In this document: positions 9,591 to 19,361 of the stretch, in pieces
How positions within the stretch are numbered: position 1 is the stretch's first letter
Layout of the letters: the number at the start of each line of letters is the position of its first letter
Origin: an uncultured Chloroflexia bacterium
Lineage (GTDB): Bacteria > Chloroflexota > Limnocylindria > QHBO01
Length of the DNA stretch: 64,000 nt
Direction of reading: 5' to 3'
Assembly (NCBI GenBank): GCA_963771155.1
Contig: CAVYSK010000007.1
Span: forward strand, 85,128-149,127
The notes under the pieces: generated by a model
What the model was told of the DNA's origin: nothing
What the model saw: the letters and a program-made list of their open reading frames with translations, nothing else
Databases searched by the model: none
Position numbers and translations under genes: made by a program

Positions 9591-10537
9591 GCGCCGATTG
9601 TAGCGGCGCCAAGGCGCAGCTCGCCGTCGGCGCGATGGACCAGCCGATCACGCTCGAGGCCGTCGACGACCCGCTCCCATCCGTCGTCGTCGAGGACCGG
9701 CCCGATGCGATCCCGCCCGCGTTCGAGCTCCGCGCGAAGCGCCTCGCTCGATAGCCTGTGGTCTGGCTGGGCGCTCAGTCCGCGCACCACGGCACCGCGG
9801 TACGCGCGCTCCGACCCGCGCAGCGCAGGCTGCCGCGGCACCGGCACCGACTCGGCGCGACCGCGAGAGGGGCATCCCCGCGCGATCGGGCACGCCTCGC
9901 AGCGCGGGTTCTGCGCTCGGCACACGCGCGCACCGAACTCCATCGTGGCGTGGGTCCAATCGGCCGTGCGCCCGTCCGGGCCCGCGGCAGCCAGTGCATC
10001 CGCCGTCGACTGGAGCATGGAGGTTGCATCGGGGACCGCGAGTCGGCGGATCAGCCAGCGCCGGACATTGGTGTCGACCACGCCGACGGCTCGCTCGAAG
10101 GCCAGGGACGCGACCGCCCGCGCGGTGTACGGGCCGATCCCGGGCAGCCGTTCGAGCCTTGCCACGTCGTCCGGCCACCCGTCGTGGTGAACGGCCACCG
10201 CCACGTCCCGGAGGGCCAGGGCACGTCGGTTGTATCCGAGCCCGCTCCACTCGGCCAGCACATGCGCCGAGCGCGCGGACGCCAGCGAACGCGCTGTCGG
10301 GAAGCGCTCCATGAAGCGCGGAAAGCGCTCGACGACGCGAGCAGCCTGGGTCTGCTGGAGCATGACCTCGCTGACGAGGACCGCGTACGGATCGCGGGTC
10401 CCGCGCCACGGGAACTCCCGGTGCTCACTGTCGTACCACTCCAGCAGGCGCCGGCGGATCGAGCGAAACGTCCGGTCAGACGATGGCCCGGGCATCGGCG
10501 GAGCGTAGCAGGCGAGTGCGCTACCGTTGCACGCCAT
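9587..10537 (-). CDS. mutY: A/G-specific adenine DNA glycosylase (HhH-GPD, Fe-S loop)
   Basis: VLVSEVMLQQTQ, LPGIGPYTARAV, VDTNVRR and a C-x6-C-x2-C-x5-C loop (CRAQNPRCEACPIARGC). The start may instead be the Met at 10495. The stop overlaps the start of the downstream gene by 4 nt. Confidence 0.85.
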   Translation of the reverse strand: MACNGSALACYAPPMPGPSSDRTFRSIRRRLLEWYDSEHREFPWRGTRDPYAVLVSEVMLQQTQAARVVERFPRFMERFPTARSLASARSAHVLAEWSGLGYNRRALALRDVAVAVHHDGWPDDVARLERLPGIGPYTARAVASLAFERAVGVVDTNVRRWLIRRLAVPDATSMLQSTADALAAAGPDGRTADWTHATMEFGARVCRAQNPRCEACPIARGCPSRGRAESVPVPRQPALRGSERAYRGAVVRGLSAQPDHRLSSEALRAELERGRDRIGPVLDDDGWERVVDGLERDRLVHRADGELRLGAATIGA

Positions 10538-11318
10538 GAGCTACCGACTGCTGTGCCTGGACGCCGGCTTCACGCTGCTCTCGCCTCGGCACACGCTGGC
10601 CGACGCGCTGTCCGGCGTCCTCGCCGAGGACGGCCGCTCCATCAGCGAGGATGAGATGCGGGCCGCCTGGGAGGAGGCGGACCGGTGGTTCTGGGACGAG
10701 TACCACCGTCCCGGCAACGACACCTGGAGCGACGATGGGCGGATCGAGGAGTACTGGCGCCGCTATCACGCGGTGATGCTGGCCCAGCTTGGCGTCGAGG
10801 CGCACCGCGAGATGCTCGACCGCATCCTGGCCAGCCAGTTCTCCGCCGACTCGTGGGAGCCGTTCCCCGACGTGGAGCCGATGCTGACCGCGGCGCGGGC
10901 CATCGACGGCATCCGCATCGGGATCGTCAGCGACTGGGGCTCGAACCTGCGGGAGATCATCGCCGAGCTGGGGCTCGATCGGCATGTCGACTTCGTGCTG
11001 CCGTCCGGCGCGGTCGGCGTCGCGAAGCCGAACCCGGCCTTCTTCCGGCTGGCGCTCGACGAGGCCGGCGTGGAGCCGCGCCAGGCGATCATGGTCGGCG
11101 ACTCGTATCGGGCCGACGTGCGGGGCGCCTGGTCCGCGGGCATGGACGCCGTATGGCTCGATCGGCGGGAGGGTGTGAACATCACGCCCGACGACGAGCC
11201 GATCCCGGCCGACGTACGCCGCATCCACGGTCTCGACGAGCTGCCCGCGATCATCGCGGCGGGGGGGCCACTGCCGCGCGGCGACGGGATCGCCGTCGAC
11301 GCACCCCACCCGGCCTGA
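10527..11318 (+). CDS. HAD-superfamily hydrolase (subfamily IA-like)
   Basis: Motif I LLCLDAGFTLL, motif II IVSDWGSN, motif III/IV GVAKPNPAFF ... MVGDSYRADVRGA. Confidence 0.8.
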   Translation: MHAMSYRLLCLDAGFTLLSPRHTLADALSGVLAEDGRSISEDEMRAAWEEADRWFWDEYHRPGNDTWSDDGRIEEYWRRYHAVMLAQLGVEAHREMLDRILASQFSADSWEPFPDVEPMLTAARAIDGIRIGIVSDWGSNLREIIAELGLDRHVDFVLPSGAVGVAKPNPAFFRLALDEAGVEPRQAIMVGDSYRADVRGAWSAGMDAVWLDRREGVNITPDDEPIPADVRRIHGLDELPAIIAAGGPLPRGDGIAVDAPHPA

Positions 11319-11329
11319 GGCTCACCGCA

Positions 11330-12355
11330 GTGCCCGCCGCCCCGTCCGACGCGATCGTCGTCGACAAGTTCGGTGGGTCCGTCCTTCGACGCCCCGAGGA
11401 CATCGCCGCCGCGGTCGATGTGGTGGTCCGCCAGCGGGCCGACGGCCTGCGTCCGGTGGTGGTGGTGAGCGCGTTCGAGGGCGTAACCGACACGATCCTG
11501 GGGGCCGCGCGCGTCCTGCTCCCCGACGGGGGCGGCTGGCTGCGGGAGCCCGGTCATGGCGCCGGATCGGGCCTGGCGCGCGAGACGGACCGGGCGCTGG
11601 CAACGGGCGAGGCGCTGTCGGCCGCGCTGTTCGCGGTGGGTCTCCAGGCGCGGGAGATCCCGGCGCGGTCGTTCTCCGGAGCGGAGGCCGGCATCCGGAC
11701 CGCGGCCGCTCATCTCGGTGCGGAGGTCCGCCGGGTCATGTCGCGGCCGCTGCGCGCCGCAATCGGCGAGGGCATCGTGCCGGTGGTTGCCGGCTTCCAG
11801 GGCATCGGCACCCACGGGGAGCTGACCACCCTCGGCCGCGGCGGCACGGACCTGTCGGCCGTCGCCCTGGCCGTCGCGCTGCGGGCGGAGCGATGCGAGC
11901 TGTTCAAGGACGTGGGCGGGGTGCTCGAGGCCGATCCGCAGCTCGTCCCTGCTGCTCGGTTCCTGCCCACGGTCGACGCGCTCCAGCTCGAGCTGCTGGC
12001 CGAGATGGGCGCCGAGGTCGTCCATCCGGTCGCCGTCCGGCGCGCTCGCCGCGGCAAGCTGCGGCTCGTGGTGCGAGCGCTCGACGACGACGCTCCCCAG
12101 ACCATCGTCCGACCGGCGTCTCGAGACGAGGACGGCGTGCTGATGCTGGCCGTCGATCGGAAGGAGCGGATGGCGCGTGTCAGCCTCGTCGGGCCGGCCG
12201 CACTGACCCCCGAGGTGCTGCCGCTCCCGGCGCACGGCGAGGGAGCCTTCGACGAGGGCGGCATGCGGGTCGTCTGGGCCGAGGTCCCGATCGCCTCGGC
12301 CGCATCGGCCGCGCAGGCGGTGCACGCCAGCTTCATGAGCCGGCGAGACGCCTAG
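11330..12355 (+). CDS. Aspartate kinase-like amino-acid kinase family protein
   Basis: VVDKFGGSVL, VVVVSAFEGVTD, TLGRGGTDLSAVALA, then a short ACT-like C-terminus. GTG 11330 is the first start in frame after the HAD stop. The upstream part of track ORF 10685..12355 overlaps the HAD gene and is rejected. Confidence 0.75.
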   Translation: MPAAPSDAIVVDKFGGSVLRRPEDIAAAVDVVVRQRADGLRPVVVVSAFEGVTDTILGAARVLLPDGGGWLREPGHGAGSGLARETDRALATGEALSAALFAVGLQAREIPARSFSGAEAGIRTAAAHLGAEVRRVMSRPLRAAIGEGIVPVVAGFQGIGTHGELTTLGRGGTDLSAVALAVALRAERCELFKDVGGVLEADPQLVPAARFLPTVDALQLELLAEMGAEVVHPVAVRRARRGKLRLVVRALDDDAPQTIVRPASRDEDGVLMLAVDRKERMARVSLVGPAALTPEVLPLPAHGEGAFDEGGMRVVWAEVPIASAASAAQAVHASFMSRRDA

Positions 12356-12807
12356 AGGCGGGTCGCCGCGTCCGACGGCTCCCGACAGTCTCCGCCGGCT
12401 TCGGGCGGGGAAAGCAGCGTGCGTTCGAGGAAGAAGTGCGTCTCGACCTCACCATCCTGCACGAAGACGATCAGGTTCCGGTCCCCATTCGGATCGCCGC
12501 CGATCACGCCCCATTCGAACCCGAGGAGCGCGTCGACGTCGGCGGCATCCACGGACGAGGGGAACACGCAGACCCGATCCCACGCGAACGGCGTCACCTC
12601 GGCGAGGAACGGATCACCCTGCCCGGCGGCGATTCGTACCTCCTCGGCGAGCTCGATGTTCGGAAAGCCCTGCGTCGCCCGCGCCGCGATGCCCAGTCCG
12701 GTGACCAGCAGAGCGCCGAGCACCAACGGTCCGAAGACCCAGAGCAGCGGGAAGCGGGTGCCCCGTCCATAGTCATCGTGCGAGAACATCGTCGTCCTCC
12801 CCGTCAT
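12352..12807 (-). CDS. Hypothetical membrane-anchored protein
   Basis: One N-terminal TM helix (FPLLWVFGPLVLGALLVTGLGIAA) plus a soluble domain of about 100 aa, with GC3-rich codons. Its stop and the convergent kinase-gene stop share one CTAG tetranucleotide (12352-12355). Confidence 0.55.
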   Translation of the reverse strand: MTGRTTMFSHDDYGRGTRFPLLWVFGPLVLGALLVTGLGIAARATQGFPNIELAEEVRIAAGQGDPFLAEVTPFAWDRVCVFPSSVDAADVDALLGFEWGVIGGDPNGDRNLIVFVQDGEVETHFFLERTLLSPPEAGGDCREPSDAATRL

Positions 12808-13758
12808 CGTCGATGGCGACCGCCTCGTGCTCGGACGGCCCCGGCCGCAGCTGAAGGAGCGCCGCTGCCCCGAGGATCAGCGCGCCGCCGACCAGCTGGA
12901 TCGGGGCCGGGCGCTCGCCCAGGAGCCATGCTGCCAGCCCGACGCCGACGACCGGCTCGAGCGTGGCCAGGATCGCCGCCTGCGACGGACCAAGCCGCCG
13001 GATTCCGGTGATGAAGGCCAGGGTCGGCACACCCGCTCCGATGATGCCGGCCAGCAGGACCGGTACCAGCGCATCGCGGCTGGCGAGCGGGCTGCCCAGG
13101 GTGCTCGCGGTGCCGATGACGATACCGATGAGAAGGTACAGCGCGGCGGCTCCGCCCATCGTCAGTGCGGCCGCCTGGGGGGCGGGGACGTGGGCGAACC
13201 CGTGGCGCGCGGCCAGCACGTAGAAGACCTGCGCCAGTCCCGCGAGGAGTGCCAGGGCAACGCCCACCGGGTCGACGTCGCCGAGCGACTCGGCGCCGGC
13301 CACCACGAGCACCATCCCGCCCAGGGAGACCGCCAGCGCGACCCATCGCGCGCGATCCAGCCGCTCGCCGAACCACAGCGTCGACGCCAGCGCCACCCCG
13401 GCGGGGTAGAGGTAGAACACGAGCAGCGTGAGCGCGATCGTGATGCGCTCGAAGGCAATGAAGGCGGCGAGATTGAGGACCATGTTCGCCACCGCCGCCG
13501 CGACCATGAACCAGCGATCCCGGACCGGCAGGGTGCGCAGCGCACGCGGCCGCACGCCGGCGAGGACGAAGCGAAGCCCGATGAAGAGCCCCACCACGGT
13601 GGCCCCGAGCGCGGCGCGCCACGTCACCAGGGTGAGGGAGTCGACGCCGGCGTCGCCGGCGAAGCGACTCAGCGGACCGAGCGTCCCGAAGCAGGCCGCT
13701 GCCAGCGCCACGAGGCCGGCGCCGACCAGGTCGGCGCGCCGGCGCGGGGGCTGGTCGC

Positions 13759-13762
<4 letters not shown>
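12773..13762 (-). CDS. EamA/DMT family transporter
   Basis: About 10 hydrophobic helices in two EamA-like halves. 329 aa. Confidence 0.8.
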
Positions 13763-15762
<2,000 letters not shown>

Positions 15763-15797
15763 GGGGCGAGGTGCATGGTAGCCGCGGAGCGCGGACG

Positions 15798-16712
15798 TCA
15801 GTCGGCGACGAGCTTTGCCCCCGAAGTGTCGAACCGCAGTCGCGTCGCCATCCCCGGCAGTCCGGCGGCGTTCCACGCCTTCTCGACTGCGTGCGCCGAC
15901 GTGGGCGAGTCGCAGATGGCGAGCACGGTTGGTCCCGCGCCGGACAGGCATGCGCCGGCCGCGCCACGGTCGTAGGCGAGATCGATCAGGTCGCGGGAAC
16001 CGGGCAGCAGCGGCAGGCGGAAGGGCTGGTGGAGCTCATCGGTCATTGCGGTACGCAACAGCCCGGCATCGGAGGTCATGACCGCCGTCGCGAGCATCGC
16101 CGTGCGCCCGGCCTGCCGCGCGGCGGCCGCGTGCGGAACGCTCGCGGGCAACGTGGCGCGCATCTCCGAGGTCCGGCTCTCGCGCTGTGGGATGAATGCG
16201 ACCGGAATCCACGCCTCGGGGACACGGAAGCGACGCAGGACGACGCGCCCATCCGTCTCGGTAAGGGCCACCGTGATGCCGCCGTACAGGGCGGCGGCGA
16301 CGTTGTCGGGGTGGCCCTCCATGCGCGACGCGAGCTCCAGCAGCTCGTCGGCCTCCACCTGGCGGCGGCCGACCGCGGCGCCGAGCACCACGCCCGCCAC
16401 GATCGCCGCCGCGCTCGATCCAAGCCCGCGAGCGGACGGGATCATGCTCGACACTTCCAGGCGCCAGGACCCGGCTCCCGGGGCAGCCGACGCGCGCAGC
16501 CCCTCCCGGAACGCGCGAATGAGCAGGTTGTCGTCGGCGCGCTCGTCGTCCCGTGGGGCACCCTCGCCCCGCGCGTTGAGCGTGATGCCGGACTCGTCGC
16601 CGTGCCACAGCTCCGCGCGCAGCTTCAGGGACAGGGCCACCGCGAAGCAGTCGAATCCGCTGCCGAGGTTGGCGCTCGAGGCCGGAACGTCGACGCTGGC
16701 GATGGGCGGCAT
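15798..16712 (-). CDS. thrB: Homoserine kinase
   Basis: [14 protein letters not shown]-terminus and GHMP-kinase motif [19 protein letters not shown] box lies 9 nt upstream of ATG 16712. An in-frame ATG at 16745 ([12 protein letters not shown]..) is an alternative start. Confidence 0.9.
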   Translation of the reverse strand: MPPIASVDVPASSANLGSGFDCFAVALSLKLRAELWHGDESGITLNARGEGAPRDDERADDNLLIRAFREGLRASAAPGAGSWRLEVSSMIPSARGLGSSAAAIVAGVVLGAAVGRRQVEADELLELASRMEGHPDNVAAALYGGITVALTETDGRVVLRRFRVPEAWIPVAFIPQRESRTSEMRATLPASVPHAAAARQAGRTAMLATAVMTSDAGLLRTAMTDELHQPFRLPLLPGSRDLIDLAYDRGAAGACLSGAGPTVLAICDSPTSAHAVEKAWNAAGLPGMATRLRFDTSGAKLVAD

Positions 16713-16735
16713 GCGCGGCCGAGTATAGGGTCGCG

Positions 16736-16752
16736 CATACGTCATCCGGCCG
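16736..16752 (-). promoter_or_regulatory. Copy of dispersed motif: CGGCCGGATGACGTATG (minus strand)
   Basis: Identical 17-mer to 21256-21272 (+). Located in the thrB/PPOX divergent intergenic region and oriented toward thrB. Function unknown. Confidence 0.7.
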
Positions 16753-16782
16753 CGCGGGAGACCCGCCAACGTCCAAGCAGGG

Positions 16783-17316
16783 ATGCGACGTCCCGCGGTG
16801 GGAGATGGCGCCGCCCCCGTCGACACTGCGAGCATGCATCCACCCCCCGGGAGCACCGCCACCACCCCTGCGGCGTCGCAGGAACGCTCGACGGCCGATA
16901 CCGCCCTGCGCGACGACACGGTCGTGTGGATGAGCTCGGTCCAGCGCGACGGCCGGCCGCATCTCGTGCCGGTCTGGTTCCACTGGGACGGCGAGCAGAT
17001 CGTGGCCTTCTCGAAGCCGCATGCGCGGAAGGTCGACAACCTGCGCGACGAGCCGAGGGTGATGCTGGCGGTGGGTACGCCCGGACCGGAGTTCGAGGTG
17101 GAGCTGATCGAGGCCACCGCGGAGCTGCCGGACCGCCCGGCGGCGGAGATCATGCCCGAGGGCTTCGGCGCCAAGTACCGCGAGCTCCTGCGGCGCGCGG
17201 GTCTGACCGTGCAGCACTTCGCCGAGGTGTACTCGCAGCCGATCGTGCTGCGCCCGACGCGATTCCTCGGATACGGCGGTCGCGGCTGGGAAGGAAGCGG
17301 CGCGCTGGCGACCTGA
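16783..17316 (+). CDS. PPOX-class (pyridoxamine 5'-phosphate oxidase fold) probable F420-dependent enzyme
   Basis: ..DGRPHLVPVWFHWDGEQIVAFSKPHARKVDNLRDEPRVMLAVG.. is typical of the split-barrel PPOX class. The start could be the Met at 16834. Confidence 0.7.
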   Translation: MRRPAVGDGAAPVDTASMHPPPGSTATTPAASQERSTADTALRDDTVVWMSSVQRDGRPHLVPVWFHWDGEQIVAFSKPHARKVDNLRDEPRVMLAVGTPGPEFEVELIEATAELPDRPAAEIMPEGFGAKYRELLRRAGLTVQHFAEVYSQPIVLRPTRFLGYGGRGWEGSGALAT

Positions 17317-17333
17317 GCGCGCGGTTGCCGAGC

Positions 17334-18734
17334 TCAGAGTCCAAGGACAGCGTTCGCGACGAGGAAGTACACCACCAGGCCCGAAGCGTCGATGAGCGCG
17401 GTGATCAGCGGGACGGACATCACCGCCGGATCGATCCCGACGCGCTTCGCCACGAGCGGCAGCGTCGACCCGATGAGGGACGCGAGCGTGCAGGCAATCA
17501 GCAGCGTGAGCCCGACGACCAGCGCAATGCTCGGGGCGACCAGCAGGCCGATCGGCACCGATGCCACCAGCGCCAGCGTCGCACCGAGCAGCATGCCGGT
17601 GGTCACCTCGCGGCCGACGACCGGGGCGAGGTCCTCGAGACGCACCTCGCCGACGGCGATGGCGCGGGTGATCGTGGTGGCCGACTGCGCCCCGGTGTTG
17701 CCCGCCGTGCCGATGACGAGCGGCACGAAGAACGCGAGGGTCACCGCCGCCGCCAGGGTGGACTGGAAGGCCGCCAGCACCTGCACGGTGATGGCGCCGG
17801 CCCCGATGAAAACGAGCAGCCACGTGATCCGGCTGCGGGCCAGCTGGAAGATCGATGTCGCGAGGTACGGGCGGCCGAGAGGCTCCGCGCCGATGGATCG
17901 CGCGACGTCCTCGGTCTCCTCTTCCTCGAGGACCTCCATCGCATCGTCGACCGTCACGATGCCGACGAGGCGGTCCTCGCTGTCGACGATCGGCAAGGCA
18001 AGCAGGTCCGCCTCCAGGATGAGGCGCGCAACCTCCTCCTGGTCGGCATCGACCCGTGCCGAGTAGACGTCCGGGTCCATCAGCTCGGAGACCGACGTGT
18101 CGGGATCGGCCAGTACGAGATCGCGTAGCCCGAGCGCACCGACCAGCCGCCTTTGGCCATCAGTCACCGGAAGCGCATAGATCGTCTCCGCGGACCGGCC
18201 CAACCGTCGCAGCCGGTCGAGGGCCTGCGCGGCGGTCAGGCCAGCCGGCAGGCTGGCCACCTCAGGCGACATGAGCCGCCCCGCCGAGTCCTCCGGGTAG
18301 CCGAGCAGGGTGGCGGTGAGCTGCCGTTCCGATGGCGACAGCCCGGCCAGCAGCTGCCGGGCCACCGTGGCCGGCATCTCCTCGGTCAGCCGCGCCCGGT
18401 CGTCCGGGTCCATCTCCTCGAAGAGGCGTCGCACGTTGGCGTCGCGCAGCCCGTCGAGCAGCTCCTGCTGGACCGATGGATCGAGAAGCTCGAACGACTC
18501 CAGCGCGCGGTCGCGGGCTAGCAGGCGGAACGGGACGGCCCTTCGCTCGCGCGGCAGGCGTGACAGCTCTTCTGCGATTTCGACCGGGTCGGCCTGCGCG
18601 AGCCAGCGATCCATGAGATCGAGGTCGTCGCCGAGCAGGATCTCTTCTGCCTCGATGGCGGGAACCGCGTCGGGCGTGCCGGTCAGGGTCGGGCGGGTCA
18701 CGTGGCGCAGGATAGTCCGCACCGCGGCGGGCAC
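17334..18734 (-). CDS. mgtE: Magnesium transporter MgtE
   Basis: MgtE N-domain, tandem CBS pair and a C-terminal 5-TM channel domain (..GNTGAQSATT.., ..ALIDASGLVVYF..). GTG start. 466 aa. Confidence 0.92.
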   Translation of the reverse strand: MPAAVRTILRHVTRPTLTGTPDAVPAIEAEEILLGDDLDLMDRWLAQADPVEIAEELSRLPRERRAVPFRLLARDRALESFELLDPSVQQELLDGLRDANVRRLFEEMDPDDRARLTEEMPATVARQLLAGLSPSERQLTATLLGYPEDSAGRLMSPEVASLPAGLTAAQALDRLRRLGRSAETIYALPVTDGQRRLVGALGLRDLVLADPDTSVSELMDPDVYSARVDADQEEVARLILEADLLALPIVDSEDRLVGIVTVDDAMEVLEEEETEDVARSIGAEPLGRPYLATSIFQLARSRITWLLVFIGAGAITVQVLAAFQSTLAAAVTLAFFVPLVIGTAGNTGAQSATTITRAIAVGEVRLEDLAPVVGREVTTGMLLGATLALVASVPIGLLVAPSIALVVGLTLLIACTLASLIGSTLPLVAKRVGIDPAVMSVPLITALIDASGLVVYFLVANAVLGL

Positions 18735-18739
18735 GACGA

Positions 18740-18763
18740 CGCCCGGGCCAGTCGGCCCGGGCG
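18740..18763 (-). promoter_or_regulatory. Perfect 10-bp G/C hairpin immediately upstream of the mgtE start
   Basis: On the minus strand CGCCCGGGCC-GACT-GGCCCGGGCG ends 5 nt before the mgtE GTG. It lies in the 52-nt spacer after the second small ORF. No U-tract follows. Confidence 0.45.
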
Positions 18764-18786
18764 CATCGGCGCGGGAAGAGCGATTC

Positions 18787-18963
18787 TCAGGCCTGGGAGC
18801 CGGCGTTGCCGAGTCTCAGGATCCGTAGCGGCCACGAGCGCGGCTTTGCCGGCTCGGTCGCCTGGCGACGGGAGTGCTGCGCACGAGTGCGGCGGCGCTC
18901 CGCGTCTTCGTGGTGGTCGGCCAGAATCGCCTTCGAGAGCATCAGGGCGGTGGCGGGGTGCAT
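18787..18963 (-). CDS. Small ORF (58 aa from the second ATG): MHPATALMLSKAILADHHEDAERRRTRAQH..
   Basis: AAAGGAG lies 7 nt upstream of ATG 18961-18963 (only 1 nt from the first ATG at 18969). About 87% GC3. The SD overlaps the stop of the upstream small ORF. Confidence 0.45.
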   Translation of the reverse strand: MHPATALMLSKAILADHHEDAERRRTRAQHSRRQATEPAKPRSWPLRILRLGNAGSQA

Positions 18964-18976
18964 CGCCATGCTCCTT

Positions 18977-19189
18977 TCAGTACGGGTAGTTCGCGCTGAC
19001 CCGTGGCATCCACGGATCGGCGTCGGGGCTCATCGCAAGGCTGAGCTCGCGGCGGAACGCCCGAATGGCGGTCCGGACTCGGCCGGCTCCCCCATCGGTC
19101 CTCCGTTCCGGCCGTGATGGCCGATGCGGAGGCGTCCCCCGGAACGATGCGTCAGCGAACGCCAGGACAAGCGTCGTGGCAGGCATCAT
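18977..19189 (-). CDS. Small ORF (70 aa), Pro/Arg-rich: MMPATTLVLAFADASFRGTPPHRPSRPERR..
   Basis: Canonical AAAAGGAGG lies 6 nt upstream of the ATG. This is an AT-rich island in otherwise high-GC DNA. About 77% GC3. Confidence 0.4.
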   Translation of the reverse strand: MMPATTLVLAFADASFRGTPPHRPSRPERRTDGGAGRVRTAIRAFRRELSLAMSPDADPWMPRVSANYPY

Positions 19190-19309
19190 GTGCGGCCTCC
19201 TTTTCAGTGATGTCGTGTCTTTCGTCGATGTTCTGAGTCTCGCGCCGATCCGTTCCGCCGGCGACGGCCGCGGGTCTCGGGCGAACGAGCGATCTTTCGC
19301 CGAGGCCGC

Positions 19310-19327
19310 GCTACGTCATTCCGCCAC
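19310..19327 (-). promoter_or_regulatory. Copy of dispersed motif (GGCGGAATGACGTAGC on minus strand) overlapping the 12-mer TCATTCCGCCAC (plus strand, 19316-19327)
   Basis: The 16-mer differs at one position from 27004-27019. The 12-mer is identical to 27029-27040 and sits 46 nt upstream of the regulator ATG, compared with 47 nt at the second locus. Confidence 0.7.
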
Positions 19328-19348
19328 GGGTGGTGCGCGAGGGGGCCG

Positions 19349-19354
19349 TATCCT
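19349..19354 (+). promoter_or_regulatory. -10-like TATCCT box 7 nt upstream of ATG 19362 (possible leaderless transcript)
   Basis: TANNNT hexamer with no SD between box and ATG. It lies inside the 13-mer GGCCGTATCCTTG, which is also found upstream of kgd. Confidence 0.35.
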
Positions 19355-19361
19355 TGTCTCC

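Noticed and set aside
12352-12355. Convergent genes sharing one CTAG as both stop codons.
   Set aside because: It is real but trivial, a compact gene junction without evident regulatory meaning.
15771-18128. 785-aa plus-strand ORF. Similar giants occur at 42109..44421 (+), 54629..57076 (-), 5706..6755 (-) and 38841..39884 (-, N-terminal part).
   Set aside because: These overlap well-supported genes on the other strand or frame, are dominated by Arg/Pro/Gly/Ala, and show no recognisable motifs.
18735-19330. M-box (Mg2+) riboswitch upstream of mgtE.
   Set aside because: I could not recognise the conserved M-box core by eye, and the region is instead occupied by two SD-led ORFs. This is not a rigorous exclusion, so an Rfam scan is needed.
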